Below, one piece after another: positions 1-12,800 of a stretch of DNA of 64,000 nucleotides. A program made the translations under genes and the position numbers. The DNA is from Yuukianura sp. NJ FZ-2021 (lineage: Eukaryota). The number at the start of each line of letters is the position of its first letter. Position 1 is the first letter of the stretch. The notes beneath the pieces were generated by a model that saw only the letters and a list, made by a program, of their open reading frames with translations, did no database searches and was not told where the DNA came from. The stretch spans positions 806,001 to 870,000 of the forward strand of contig CM102287.1 in the NCBI GenBank assembly GCA_046563655.1, given 5' to 3'.

Positions 1-100
1 TTGAGGCATCCGTGAGAGAAGAATGCTTGATTATGCGAAGAGTTTAAATAGAGTACGAACCTAACTTTTTTATGTTTAAATGGAGACGCGGTGATTTTCC

Positions 101-221
101 TTTTGACATCACACCAGAAACGGCTGAATGACATAAAGATCTTTTGACATCACACCAGAAACGGCTGAATGACATAAAGATCTTTTGACATCACAACAAA
201 AACGGCTGAATGACATAAAGA
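101..221. repeat. 41-bp tandem repeat (~3 copies) on the internal side of the adjacent LTR
   Basis: TTTTGACATCACACCAGAAACGGCTGAATGACATAAAGATC at 101, 142 and (variant) 183. Confidence 0.9.
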
Positions 222-397
222 TGTATTACATTCTCTGTCGAAAAGTCAATTCGACACACAATACCTGGGGTGACTTGAGACTCAAGCGGGGTAGAAGTGG
301 CTTAGCTCACTCATCACTCACTAATTTTTTCAAATTTTCTGGTCAAATAACACTTGACCTTGGATGACCTCACTGACCTTTGGTAGTTGAGACACGA

Positions 398-407
398 ACG
401 GTCGCCA
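398..407 (-). promoter_or_regulatory. Primer-binding site (tRNA-Arg-like) of a minus-strand LTR retrotransposon
   Basis: Minus strand reads LTR end ...CGCTACA, CAA, then TGGCGACCGT, complementary to a tRNA 3' end ...ACGGUCGCCA. Confidence 0.7.
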
Positions 408-410
408 TTG

Positions 411-835
411 TGTAGCGTCTCATACGCTAATCCCCAACCTAAATGACCGCAGCCACGCCCTCAGACTCCAAACACTGATCCGCAGATCCCTCTAACTACC
501 AAGAATCAGGGTCACCGACTCCAACAACACATCGCGGAGATAAATATATAAATATATATTTATTGTAGCATAAGAATAAACTGATGAATAATCACTGCTA
601 AATACAACATGATCTCAAACTGGTCATCTCTCCACTGATCTCTCTCTCACCACAGCACAATCCAGACTGCCTCTGAAACTCTATACAAATCCTAACTTGC
701 TCTCCACCTCGCCTCTCTTCAAATCCCACAATTCTTCCCACAAACCAACAACATATCTCATCTTACCCCTACTCTGAAACTGTACACTAACCTACTAATA
801 ACTAACAATAGGATAATCGATGAGCAGCCGCTTCA
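411..835 (-). mobile_element. 5' LTR (425 bp) of an LTR retrotransposon at the satellite edge; internal region runs off the left end of the window
   Basis: Minus-strand termini TGAAGCG...CGCTACA, internal AATAAA, adjacent PBS; shares blocks (TGAAGC.GC.GCTC, AATAAATATAT.TT, GGAGTCTGAG..GGCGTGGCTGCGG) with the solo LTR at 40140-40574. Confidence 0.8.
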
Positions 836-3800
836 AATACGCTGCTTGAACAGCGACAGTTCGAGGTGCATATGTTACATTGAAGTTTCAGGAACACCCT
901 TACCAACACTTGGTCCTCAAAATGTGGGCTGCAAAATGGAATGTGATCAGCACACTCCAGAGAGTGTGCAACTATTTACTGTAATGGAATTCTTTCGCTG
1001 TATGTGTATACACTGGAAGCGTGAGCCCTGTACAACAGCGATTGCAAATACGAAACCCTGTGTTGCCTAAAAGCTATTTTTTAGTTGCAATCATAACTAG
1101 TGCGTAGAAGCCAGTTGGCTTCGCAGCGCTGCGCGAAATAGGGATAATAAGTCGACAGTTGTAGGCAAGCAGCAAGTGGATATTTGATGTACGTGTGCAC
1201 TGTTGGCCATAAAGCCACAAAATAAGCAAGTTGGTCAAAGGTAAATACGCTGCTTGAACAGCGACACTTCGAGGTGCATATGTTACATTGAAGTTTCAGG
1301 AACACCCTTACCAACACTTGGTGCCTAAAATGTGGGCTGCAAAATGGAATGTGATCAGCACACTCCAGACAGTGTGCAACTATTTACTGTAATGGAATTC
1401 TTTCGCTGTATGTGCATACACTGGAAGCGTGAGCCCTGTACAACAGCGATTGCAAATACGAAACCCTGTGTTGCCTAAAAGCTATTTTTTAGTTGCAATT
1501 ATAACTAGTGCGTTGAAGCCAGTTGGGTTCGCAGCGCTTCGCGATATAGGAATAACAAGTCGACAGTTGTAGGCAACAGCATGTGGATATTTGATGTATG
1601 TGTGCACCGTTGGCCACAAAGCCACAAAATAAGCAAGTTGGTCAAAGGTAAATACGCTGCTTGAACAGCGACACTTCGAGGTGCATATGTCACATTGAAG
1701 TTTCAGGAACACCCTTACCAACACTTGGTCCTCAAAATGTGGGCTGCAAAATGGAATGTGATCAGCACACTCCAGACAGTGTGCAACTATTTACTGTAAT
1801 GGAATTCTTTCGCTGTATGTGTATACACTGGAAGCGTGAGCCCTGTACAACAGCGATTGCAAAAACGAAACCTTGTGTTGCCTAAAAGCTATTTTTTAGT
1901 TGCAATTATAACTAGTTCTTAGAAGCCGGTTGGCTTCGCAGCTCTGCGCGATATAGGGATAATAAGTCGACAGTTGTAGGCAACAGCAAGTGGATATTTG
2001 ATGTATGTGTGCACTGTTGGCCATAAAGCCACAAAATAAGCAAGTTGGTCAAAGGTAAATACGCTGCTTGAGCAGCGACACTTAGAGGAGCATTTGTTAC
2101 ATTGAAGTTTCTGGAACACCCTTACCAACACTTGGTCCTCAAAATGTGGGCTGCAAAATGGAATGTGATCAGCACACTCCAGATAGTGTGCAACTATTTA
2201 CTGTAGTGGAATTCTTTCGCTGTATGTGTATACACTGGAAGCGTGAGCCCTGTACAACAGCGATTGCAAATACGAAACCCTGTGTTGCCTAAAAGCTATT
2301 TTTTAGTTGCAATCATAACTAGTTCTTAGAAGCCGGTTGGCTTCGCAGCTCTGCGCGAATTAGGGATAATAAGTCGACAGTTGTAGGCAACAGCAAGTGG
2401 ATATTTGATGTATGTGTGCACTGTTGGCCATAAAGCCACAAAATAAGCAAGTTGGTCAAAGGTAAATACGCTGCTTGAACAGCGACACTTCGAGGTGCAT
2501 ATGTTACATTGAAGTTTCTGGAACACCCTTACCAACACTTGGTCCTCAAAATGTGGGCTGCAAAATGGAATGTGATCAGCACACTCCAGACAGTGTGCTA
2601 CTATTTACTGTAATGGAATTCTTTCGCTGTATGTGCATACACTGGAAGCGTGAGTCCTGTACAACAGCGATTGCAAATACGAAACCCTGTGTTGCCTAAA
2701 AGCTATTTTTTAGTTGCAATTATAACTAGTGCGTTGAAGCCAGTTGGGTTCGCAGCGCTTCGCGATATAGGAATAACAAGTCGACAGTTGTAGGCAACAG
2801 CAATGTGGATATTTGATGTATGTGTGCACCGTTGGCCACAAAGCCACAAAATAAGCAAGTTGGTCAAAGGTAAATACGCTGCTTGAACAGCGACACTTCG
2901 AGGTGCATATGTCACATTGAAGTTTCAGGAACACCCTTACCAACACTTGGTCCTCAAAATGTGGGCTGCAAAATGGAATGTGATCAGCACACTCCAGACA
3001 GTGTGCAACTATTTACTGTAATGGAATTCTTTCGCTGTATGTGTATACACTGGAAGCGTGAGCCCTGTACAACAGCGATTGCAAAAACGAAACCTTGTGT
3101 TGCCTAAAAGCTATTTTTTAGTTGCAATTATAACTAGTTCTTAGAAGCCGGTTGGCTTCGCAGCTCTGCGCGATATAGGGATAATAAGTCGACAGTTGTA
3201 GGCAACAGCAAGTGGATATTTGATGTATGTGTGCACTGTTGGCCATAAAGCCACAAAATAAGCAAGTTGGTCAAAGGTAAATACGCTGCTTGAACAGCGA
3301 CACTTCGAGGTGCATATGTTACATTGAAGTTTCTGGAACACCCTTACCAACACTTGGTCCTCAAAATGTGGGCTGCAAAATGGAATGTGATCAGCACACT
3401 CCAGACAGTGTGCTACTATTTACTGTAGTGGAATTCTTTCGCTGTATGTGTATACACTGGAAGCGTGAGCCCTGTACAACAGCGATTGCAAATACGAAAC
3501 CCTGTGTTGCCTAAAAGCTATTTTTTAGTTGCAATCATAACTAGTTCTTAGAAGCCGGTTGGCTTCGCAGCTCTGCGCGAATTAGGGATAATAAGTCGAC
3601 AGTTGTAGGCAACAGCAAGTGGATATTTGATGTATGTGTGCACTGTTGGCCATAAAGCCACAAAATAAGCAAGTTGGTCAAAGGTAAATACGCTGCTTGA
3701 ACAGCGACACTTCGAGGTGCATATGTTACATTGAAGTTTCTGGAACACCCTTACCAACACTTGGTCCTCAAAATGTGGGCTGCAAAATGGAATGTGATCA

Positions 3801-6800
3801 GCACACTCCAGACAGTGTGCTACTATTTACTGTAATGGAATTCTTTCGCTGTATGTGCATACACTGGAAGCGTGAGTCCTGTACAACAGCGATTGCAAAT
3901 ACGAAACCCTGTGTTGCCTAAAAGCTATTTTTTAGTTGCAATCATAACTAGTGCGTAGAAGCTAGTTGGCTTCGCAGCGCTTCGCGATATAGGGATAACA
4001 AGTCGACAGTTGTAGGCAACAGCAAGTGGATATTTGATGTATGTGTGCACCGTTGGCCACAAAGCCACAAAATAAGCAAGTTGGTCAGAGGTAAATACGC
4101 TGCTTGAACAGCGACACTTCGAGGAGCATTTGTTACATTGAAGTTTCAGGAACACCTTTACCAACACTTGGTCCCTAATATGTGGGCTAAAAATGGACTG
4201 TGATCAGCACACTCCAGACAGTGTGCAACTATTTACTGTAATGGAATTCTTTCGCTGTATGCGTATACACTGGAAGCGTGAGCCCTGTACAACAGCGATT
4301 GCAAATACGAAACCCTGTGTTGCCTAAAAGCTATTTTTTAGTTGCAATCATAACTAGTTCTTAGAAGCCAGTTGGCTTCGCAGCTCTGCGCGATATAGGG
4401 ATAATAAGTCGACAGTTGTAGGCAGCAGCAAGTGGATATTTGATGTATGTGTGCACTGTTGGCCATAAAGCCACAAAATAAGCAAGTTGGTCAAAGGTAA
4501 ATACGCTGCTTGAACAGCGACACTTCGAGGTGCATATGTTACAATGAAGTTTCAGGAACACCCTTACCAACACTTGGTCCTCAAAATGTGGGCTGCAAAA
4601 TGGAATGTGATCAGCACACTCCAGACAGTGTGCAACTATTTACTGTAATGGAATTCTTTCGCTGTATGTGCATACACTGGAAGCGTGAGCCCTGGACAAC
4701 AGCGATTGCAAATACGAAACCCTGTGTTGCCTAAAAGCTATTTTTTAGTTGCAATTATAACTAGTGCGTAGAAGCCAGTTGGGTTCGCAGCGCTTCGCGA
4801 ATTAGGGATAATAAGTCGACAGTTGTAGGCAACAGCAAGTGGATATTTGATGTATGTGTGCACTGTTGGCCATAAAGCCACAAAATAAGCAAGTTGGTCA
4901 AAGGTAAATACGCTGCTTGAACAGCGACACTTCGAGGTGCATATGTTACATTGAAGTTTCTGGAACACCCTTACCAACACTTGGTCCTCAAAATGTGGGC
5001 TGCAAAATGGAATGTGATCAGCACACTCCAGACAGTGTGCAACTATTTACTGTAATGGAATTCTTTCGCTGTATGTGTATACACTGGAAGCGTGAGCCCT
5101 GTACAACAGCGATTGCAAATACGAAACCCTGTGTTGCCTAAAAGCTATTTTTTAGTTGCAATCATAACTAGTGCGTAGAAGCTAGTTGGCTTCGCAGCGC
5201 TTCGCGATATAGGGATAATAAGTCGACAGTTGTAGGCAGCAGCAAGTGGATATTTGATGTACGTGTGCACTCTTGGCCATAAAGCCACAAAATAAGCAAG
5301 TTGGTCAAAGGTAAATACGCTGCTTGAACAGCGACACTTCGAGGTGCATATGTTACATTGAAGTTTCAGGAACACCCTTACCAACACTTGGTCCTCAAAA
5401 TGTGGGCTGCAAAATGGAATGTGATCAGCACACTCCAGACAGTTGTCAACTATTTACTGTGATGGAATTCTTTCGCTGTATGTGCATACACTGGAAGCGT
5501 GAGCCCTGTACAACAGCGATTGCAAATACGAAACCCTGTGTTGCCTAAAAGCTATTTTTTAGTTGCAATCATAACTAGTGCGTAGAAGCTAGTTGGCTTC
5601 GCAGCGCTTCGCGATATAGGGATAATAAGTCGACAGTTGTAGGCAGCAGCAAGTGGATATTTGATGTACGTGTGCACTGTTGGCCATAAAGCCACAAAAT
5701 AAGCAAGTTGGTCAAAGGTAAATACGCTGCTTGAACAGCGACACTTCGAGGTGCATATGTCACATTGAAGTTTCAGGAACACCCTTACCAACACTTGGTC
5801 CTCAAAATGTGGGCTGCAAAATGGAATGTGATCAGCACACTCCAGACAGTGTGCAACTATTTACTGTAATGGAATTCTTTCGCTGTATGTGTATACACTG
5901 GAAGCGTGAGCCCTGTACATCAGGGATTGCAAAAACGAAACCTTGTGTTGCCTAAAAGCTATTTTTTAGTTGCAATCATAACTAGTTCTTAGAAGCCGGT
6001 TGGCTTCGCAGCTCTGCGCGAATTAGGGATAATAAGTCGACAGTTGTAGGCAACAGCAAGTGGATATTTGATGTATGTGTGCACTGTTGGCCATAAAGCC
6101 ACAAAATAAGCAAGTTGGTCAAAGGTAAATACGCTGCTTGAACAGCGACACTTCGAGGTGCATATGTTACATTGAAGTTTCAGGAACACCCTTACCAACA
6201 CTTGGTCCTCAAAATGTGGGCTGCAAAATGGAATGTGATCAGCACACTCCAGAGAGTGTGCAACTATTTACTGTAATGGAATTGTTTCGCTGTATGTGTA
6301 TACACTGGAAGCGTGAGTCCTGTACAACAGCGATTGCAAATACGAAACCCTGTGTTGCCTAAAAGCTATTTTTTAGTTGCAATCATAACTAGTGCGTAGA
6401 AGCTAGTTGGCTTCGCAGCGCTTCGCGATATAGGGATAACAAGTCGACAGTTGTAGGCAACAGCAAGTGGATATTTGATGTATGTGTGCACCGTTGGCCA
6501 CAAAGCCACAAAATAAGCAAGTTGGTCAGAGGTAAATACGCTGCTTGAACAGCGACACTTCGAGGAGCATTTGTTACATTGAAGTTTCAGGAACACCTTT
6601 ACCAACACTTGGTCCCTAAAATGTGGGCTAAAAATGGAATGTGATCAGCACACTCCAGACAGTGTGCAACTATTTACTGTAATGGAATTCTTTCGCTGTA
6701 TGCGTATACACTGGAAGCGTGAGCCCTGTACAACAGCGATTGCAAATACGAAACCCTGTGTTGCCTAAAAGCTATTTTTTAGTTGCAATCATAACTAGTG

Positions 6801-9800
6801 CGTAGAAGCTAGTTGGCTTCGCAGCGCTTCGCGATATAGGGATAATAAGTCGACAGTTGTAGGCAAGCAGCAAGTGGATATTTGATGTATGTGTGCACTG
6901 TTGGCCATAAAGCCACAAAATAAGCAAGTTGGTCAAAGGTAAATACGCTGCTTGAACAGCGACACTTCGAGGTGCATATGTTACATTGAAGTTTCAGGAA
7001 CACCCTTACCAACACTTGGTGCCTAAAATGTGGGCTGCAAAATGGAATGTGATCAGCACACTCCAGACAGTGTGCAACTATTTACTGTAATGGAATTCTT
7101 TCGCTGTATGTGCATACACTGGAAGCGTGAGCCCTGTACAACAGCGATTGCAAATACGAAACCCTGTGTTGCCTAAAAGCTATTTTTTAGTTGCAATTAT
7201 AACTAGTGCGTTGAAGCCAGTTGGGTTCGCAGCGCTTCGCGATATAGGAATAACAAGTCGACAGTTGTAGGCAACAGCATGTGGATATTTGATGTATGTG
7301 TGCACCGTTGGCCACAAAGCCACAAAATAAGCAAGTTGGTCAAAGGTAAATACGCTGCTTGAACAGCGACACTTCGATGTGCATATGTTACATTGAAGTT
7401 TCAGGAACACCCTTACCAACACTTGGTCCTCAAAATGTGGGCTGCAAAATGGAATGTGATCAGCACACTCCAGACAGTGTGCAACTATTTACTGTAATGG
7501 AATTCTTTCGCTGTATGTGTATACAATGGAAGCGTGAGCCCTGTACAACAGCGATTGCAAAAACGAAACCTTGTGTTGCCTAAAAGCTATTTTTTAGTTG
7601 CAATCATAACTAGTTCTTAGAAGCCGGTTGGCTTCGCAGCTCTGCGCGAATTAGGGATAATAAGTCGACAGTTGTAGGCAACAGCAAGTGGATATTTGAT
7701 GTATGTGTGCACCGTTGGCCACAAAGCCACAAAATAAGCAAGTTGGTCAGAGGTAAATACGCTGCTTGAACAGCGACACTTCGAGGAGCATTTGTTACAT
7801 TGAAGTTTCAGGAACACCTTTACCAACACTTGGTCCCTAAAATGTGGGCTAAAAATGGAATGTGATCAGCACACTCCAGACAGTGTGCAACTATTTACTG
7901 TAATGGAATTCTTTCGCTGTATGCGTATACACTGGAAGCGTGAGCCCTGTACAACAGCGATTGCAAATACGAAACCCTGTGTTGCCTAAAAGCTATTTTT
8001 TAGTTGCAATCATAACTAGTGCGTAGAAGCCAGTTGGGTTCGCAGCGCTGCGCGATATAGGGATAACAAGTCGACAGTTGTAGGCAACAGCAAGTGGATA
8101 TTTGATGTATGTGTGCACCGTTGGCCACAAAGCCACAAAATAAGCAAGTTGGTCAGAGGTAAATACGCTGCTTGAACAGCGACACTTCGAGGAGCATTTG
8201 TTACATTGAAGTTTCAGGAACACCTTTACCAACACTTGGTCCCTAAAATGTGGGCTAAAAATGGAATGTGATCAGCACACTCCAGACAGTGTGCAACTAT
8301 TTACTGTAATGGAATTCTTTCGCTGTATGCGTATACACTGGAAGCGTGAGCCCTGTACAACAGCGATTGCAAATACGAAACCCTGTGTTGCCTAAAAGCT
8401 ATTTTTTAGTTGCAATCATAACTAGTTCTTAGAAGCCAGTTGGCTTCGCAGCTCTGCGCGATATAGGGATAATAAGTCGACAGTTGTAGGCAGCAGCAAG
8501 TGGATATTTGATGTATGTGTGCACTGTTGGCCATAAAGCCACAAAATAAGCAAGTTGGTCAAAGGTAAATACGCTGCTTGAACAGCGACACTTCGAGGTG
8601 CATATGTTACATTGAAGTTTCAGGAACACCCTTACCAACACTTGGTGCCTAAAATGTGGGCTGCAAAATGGAATGTGATCAGCACACTCCAGACAGTGTG
8701 CAACTATTTACTGTAATGGAATTCTTTCGCTGTATGTGCATACACTGGAAGCGTGAGCCCTGTACAACAGCGATTGCAAATACGAAACCCTGTGTTGCCT
8801 AAAAGCTATTTTTTAGTTGCAATTATAACTAGTGCGTTGAAGCCAGTTGGGTTCGCAGCGCTTCGCGATATAGGAATAACAAGTCGACAGTTGTAGGCAA
8901 CAGCATGTGGATATTTGATGTATGTGTGCACCGTTGGCCACAAAGCCACAAAATAAGCAAGTTGGTCAAAGGTAAATACGCTGCTTGAACAGCGACACTT
9001 CGATGTGCATATGTTACATTGAAGTTTCAGGAACACCCTTACCAACACTTGGTCCTCAAAATGTGGGCTGCAAAATGGAATGTGATCAGCACACTCCAGA
9101 CAGTGTGCAACTATTTACTGTAATGGAATTCTTTCGCTGTATGTGCATACACTGGAAGCGTGAGCCCTGGACAACAGCGATTGCAAATACGAAACCCTGT
9201 GTTGCCTAAAAGCTATTTTTTAGTTGCAATTATAACTAGTGCGTAGAAGCCAGTTGGGTTCGCAGCGCTTCGCGAATTAGGGATAATAAGTCGACAGTTG
9301 TAGGCAACAGCAAGTGGATGTTTGATGTATGTGTGCACCGTTGGCCACAAAGCCACAAAATAAGCAAGTTGGTCGGAGGTAAATACGCTGCTTGAACAGC
9401 GACACTTAGAGGAGCATTTGTTACATTAAAGTTTCAGGAACACCTTTACCAACACTTGGTCCCTAAAATGTGGGCTAAAAATGGAATGTGATCAGCACAC
9501 TCCAGACAGTGTGCAACTATTTACTGTAATGGAATTCTTTCGCTGTATGCGTATACACTGGAAGCGTGAGCCCTGTACAACAGCGATTGCAAATACGAAA
9601 CCCTGTGTTGCCTAAAAGCTATTTTTTAGTTGCAATCATAACTAGTGCGTAGAAGCTAGTTGGCTTCGCAGCGCTTCGCGATATAGGGATAACAAGTCGA
9701 CAGTTGTAGGCAACAGCAAGTGGATATTTGATGTATGTGTGCACCGTTGGCCACAAAGCCACAAAATAAGCAAGTTGGTCAGAGGTAAATACGCTGCTTG

Positions 9801-12800
9801 AACAGCGACACTTCGAGGAGCATTTGTTACATTGAAGTTTCAGGAACACCTTTACCAACACTTGGTCCCTAAAATGTGGGCTAAAAATGGAATGTGATCA
9901 GCACACTCCAGACAGTGTGCAACTATTTACTGTAATGGAATTCTTTCGCTGTATGCGTATACACTGGAAGCGTGAGCCCTGTACAACAGCGATTGCAAAT
10001 ACGAAACCCTGTGTTGCCTAAAAGCTATTTTTTAGTTGCAATCATAACTAGTTCTTAGAAGCCAGTTGGCTTCGCAGCTCTGCGCGATATAGGGATAATA
10101 AGTCGACAGTTGTAGGCAGCAGCAAGTGGATATTTGATGTATGTGTGCACCGTTGGCCATAAAGCCACAAAATAAGCAAGTTGGTCAAAGGTAAATACGC
10201 TGCTTGAACAGCGACACTTCGTGGTGCATATGTTACATTGAAGTTTCAGGAACACCCTTACCAACACTTGGTGCCTAAAATGTGGGCTGCAAAATGGAAT
10301 GTGATCAGCACACTCCAGACAGTGTGCAACTATTTACTGTAATGGAATTCTTTCGCTGTATGTGCATACACTGGAAGCGTGAGCCCTGTACAACAGCGAT
10401 TGCAAATACGAAACCCTGTGTTGCCTAAAAGCTATTTTTTAGTTGCAATTATAACTAGTGCGTTGAAGCCAGTTGGGTTCGCAGCGCTTCGCGATATAGG
10501 AATAACAAGTCGACAGTTGTAGGCAACAGCAATGTGGATATTTGATGTATGTGTGCACCGTTGGCCACAAAGCCACAAAATAAGCAAGTTGGTCAAAGGT
10601 AAATACGCTGCTTGAACAGCGACACTTCGATGTGCATATGTTACATTGAAGTTTCAGAAACACCCTTACCAACACTTGGTCCTCAAAATGTGGGCTGCAA
10701 AATGGAATGTGATCAGCACACTCCAGACAGTGTGCAACTATTTACTGTAATGGAATTCTTTCGCTGTATGTGCATACACTGGAAGCGTGAGCCCTGGACA
10801 ACAGCGATTGCAAATACGAAACCCTGTGTTGCCTAAAAGCTATTTTTTAGTTGCAATTATAACTAGTGCGTAGAAGCCAGTTGGGTTCGCAGCGCTTCGC
10901 GAATTAGGGATAATAAGTCGACAGTTGTAGGCAACAGCAAGTGGATATTTGATGTATGTGTGCACTGTTGGCCATAAAGCCACAAAATAAGCAAGTTGGT
11001 CAAAGGTAAATACGCTGCTTGAACAGCGACACTTCGAGGTGCATATGTTACATTGAAGTTTCTGGAACACCCTTACCAACACTTGGTCCTCAAAATGTGG
11101 GCTGCAAAATGGAATGTGATCAGCACACTCCAGACAGTGTGCAACTATTTACTGTAATGGAATTCTTTCGCTGTATGTGTATACACTGGAAGCGTGAGCC
11201 CTGTACAACAGCGATTGCAAATACGAAACCCTGTGTTGCCTAAAAGCTATTTTTTAGTTGCAATCATAACTAGTGCGTAGAAGCTAGTTGGCTTCGCAGC
11301 GCTTCGCGATATAGGGATAATAAGTCGACAGTTGTAGGCAACAGCAAGTGGATATTTGATGTACGTGTGCACTGTTGGCCATAAAGCCACAAAATAAGCA
11401 AGTTGGTCAAAGGTAAATACGCTGCTTGAGCAGCGACACTTAGAGGAGCATTTGTTACATTGAAGTTTCAGGAACACCTTTACCAACACTTGGTCCCTAA
11501 AATGTGGGCTAAAAATGGAATGTGATCAGCACACTCCAGACAGTGTGCAACTATTTACTGTAATGGAATTCTTTCGCTGTATGCGTATACACTGGAAGCG
11601 TGAGCCCTGTACAACAGCGATTGCAAATACGAAACCCTGTGTTGCCTAAAAGCTATTTTTTAGTTGCAATCATAACTAGTGCGTAGAAGCTAGTTGGCTT
11701 CGCAGCGCTTCGCGAAATAGGGATAATAAGTCGACAGTTGTAGGCAGCAGCAAGTGGATATTTGATGTACGTGTGCACTGTTGGCCATAAAGCCACAAAA
11801 TAAGCAAGTTGGTCAAAGGTAAATACGCTGCTTGAACAGCGACACTTCGAGGTGCATATGTCACATTGAAGTTTCAGGAACACCCTTACCAACACTTGGT
11901 CCTCAAAATGTGGGCTGCAAAATGGAATGTGATCAGCACACTCCAGACAGTGTGCAACTATTTACTGTAATGGAATTCTTTCGCTGTATGTGTATACACT
12001 GGAAGCGTGAGCCCTGTACAACAGCGATTGCAAAAACGAAACCTTGTGTTGCCTAAAAGCTATTTTTTAGTTGCAATCATAACTAGTTCTTAGAAGCCGG
12101 TTGGCTTCGCAGCTCTGCGCGAATTAGGGATAATAAGTCGACAGTTGTAGGCAACAGCAAGTGGATATTTGATGTATGTGTGCACTGTTGGCCATAAAGC
12201 CACAAAATAAGCAAGTTGGTCAAAGGTAAATACGCTGCTTGAACAGCGACACTTCGAGGTGCATATGTTACATTGAAGTTTCAGGAACACCCTTACCAAC
12301 ACTTGGTCCTCAAAATGTGGGCTGCAAAATGGAATGTGATCAGCACACTCCAGATAGTGTGCAACTATTTACTGTAGTGGAATTGTTTCGCTGTATGTGT
12401 ATACACTGGAAGCGTGAGTCCTGTACAACAGCGATTGCAAATACGAAACCCTGTGTTGCCTAAAAGCTATTTTTTAGTTGCAATCATAACTAGTGCGTAG
12501 AAGCTAGTTGGCTTCGCAGCGCTTCGCGATATAGGGATAACAAGTCGACAGTTGTAGGCAACAGCAAGTGGATATTTGATGTATGTGTGCACCGTTGGCC
12601 ACAAAGCCACAAAATAAGCAAGTTGGTCAGAGGTAAATACGCTGCTTGAACAGCGACACTTCGAGGAGCATTTGTTACATTGAAGTTTCAGGAACACCTT
12701 TACCAACACTTGGTCCCTAAAATGTGGGCTAAAAATGGAATGTGATCAGCACACTCCAGACAGTGTGCAACTATTTACTGTAATGGAATTCTTTCGCTGT

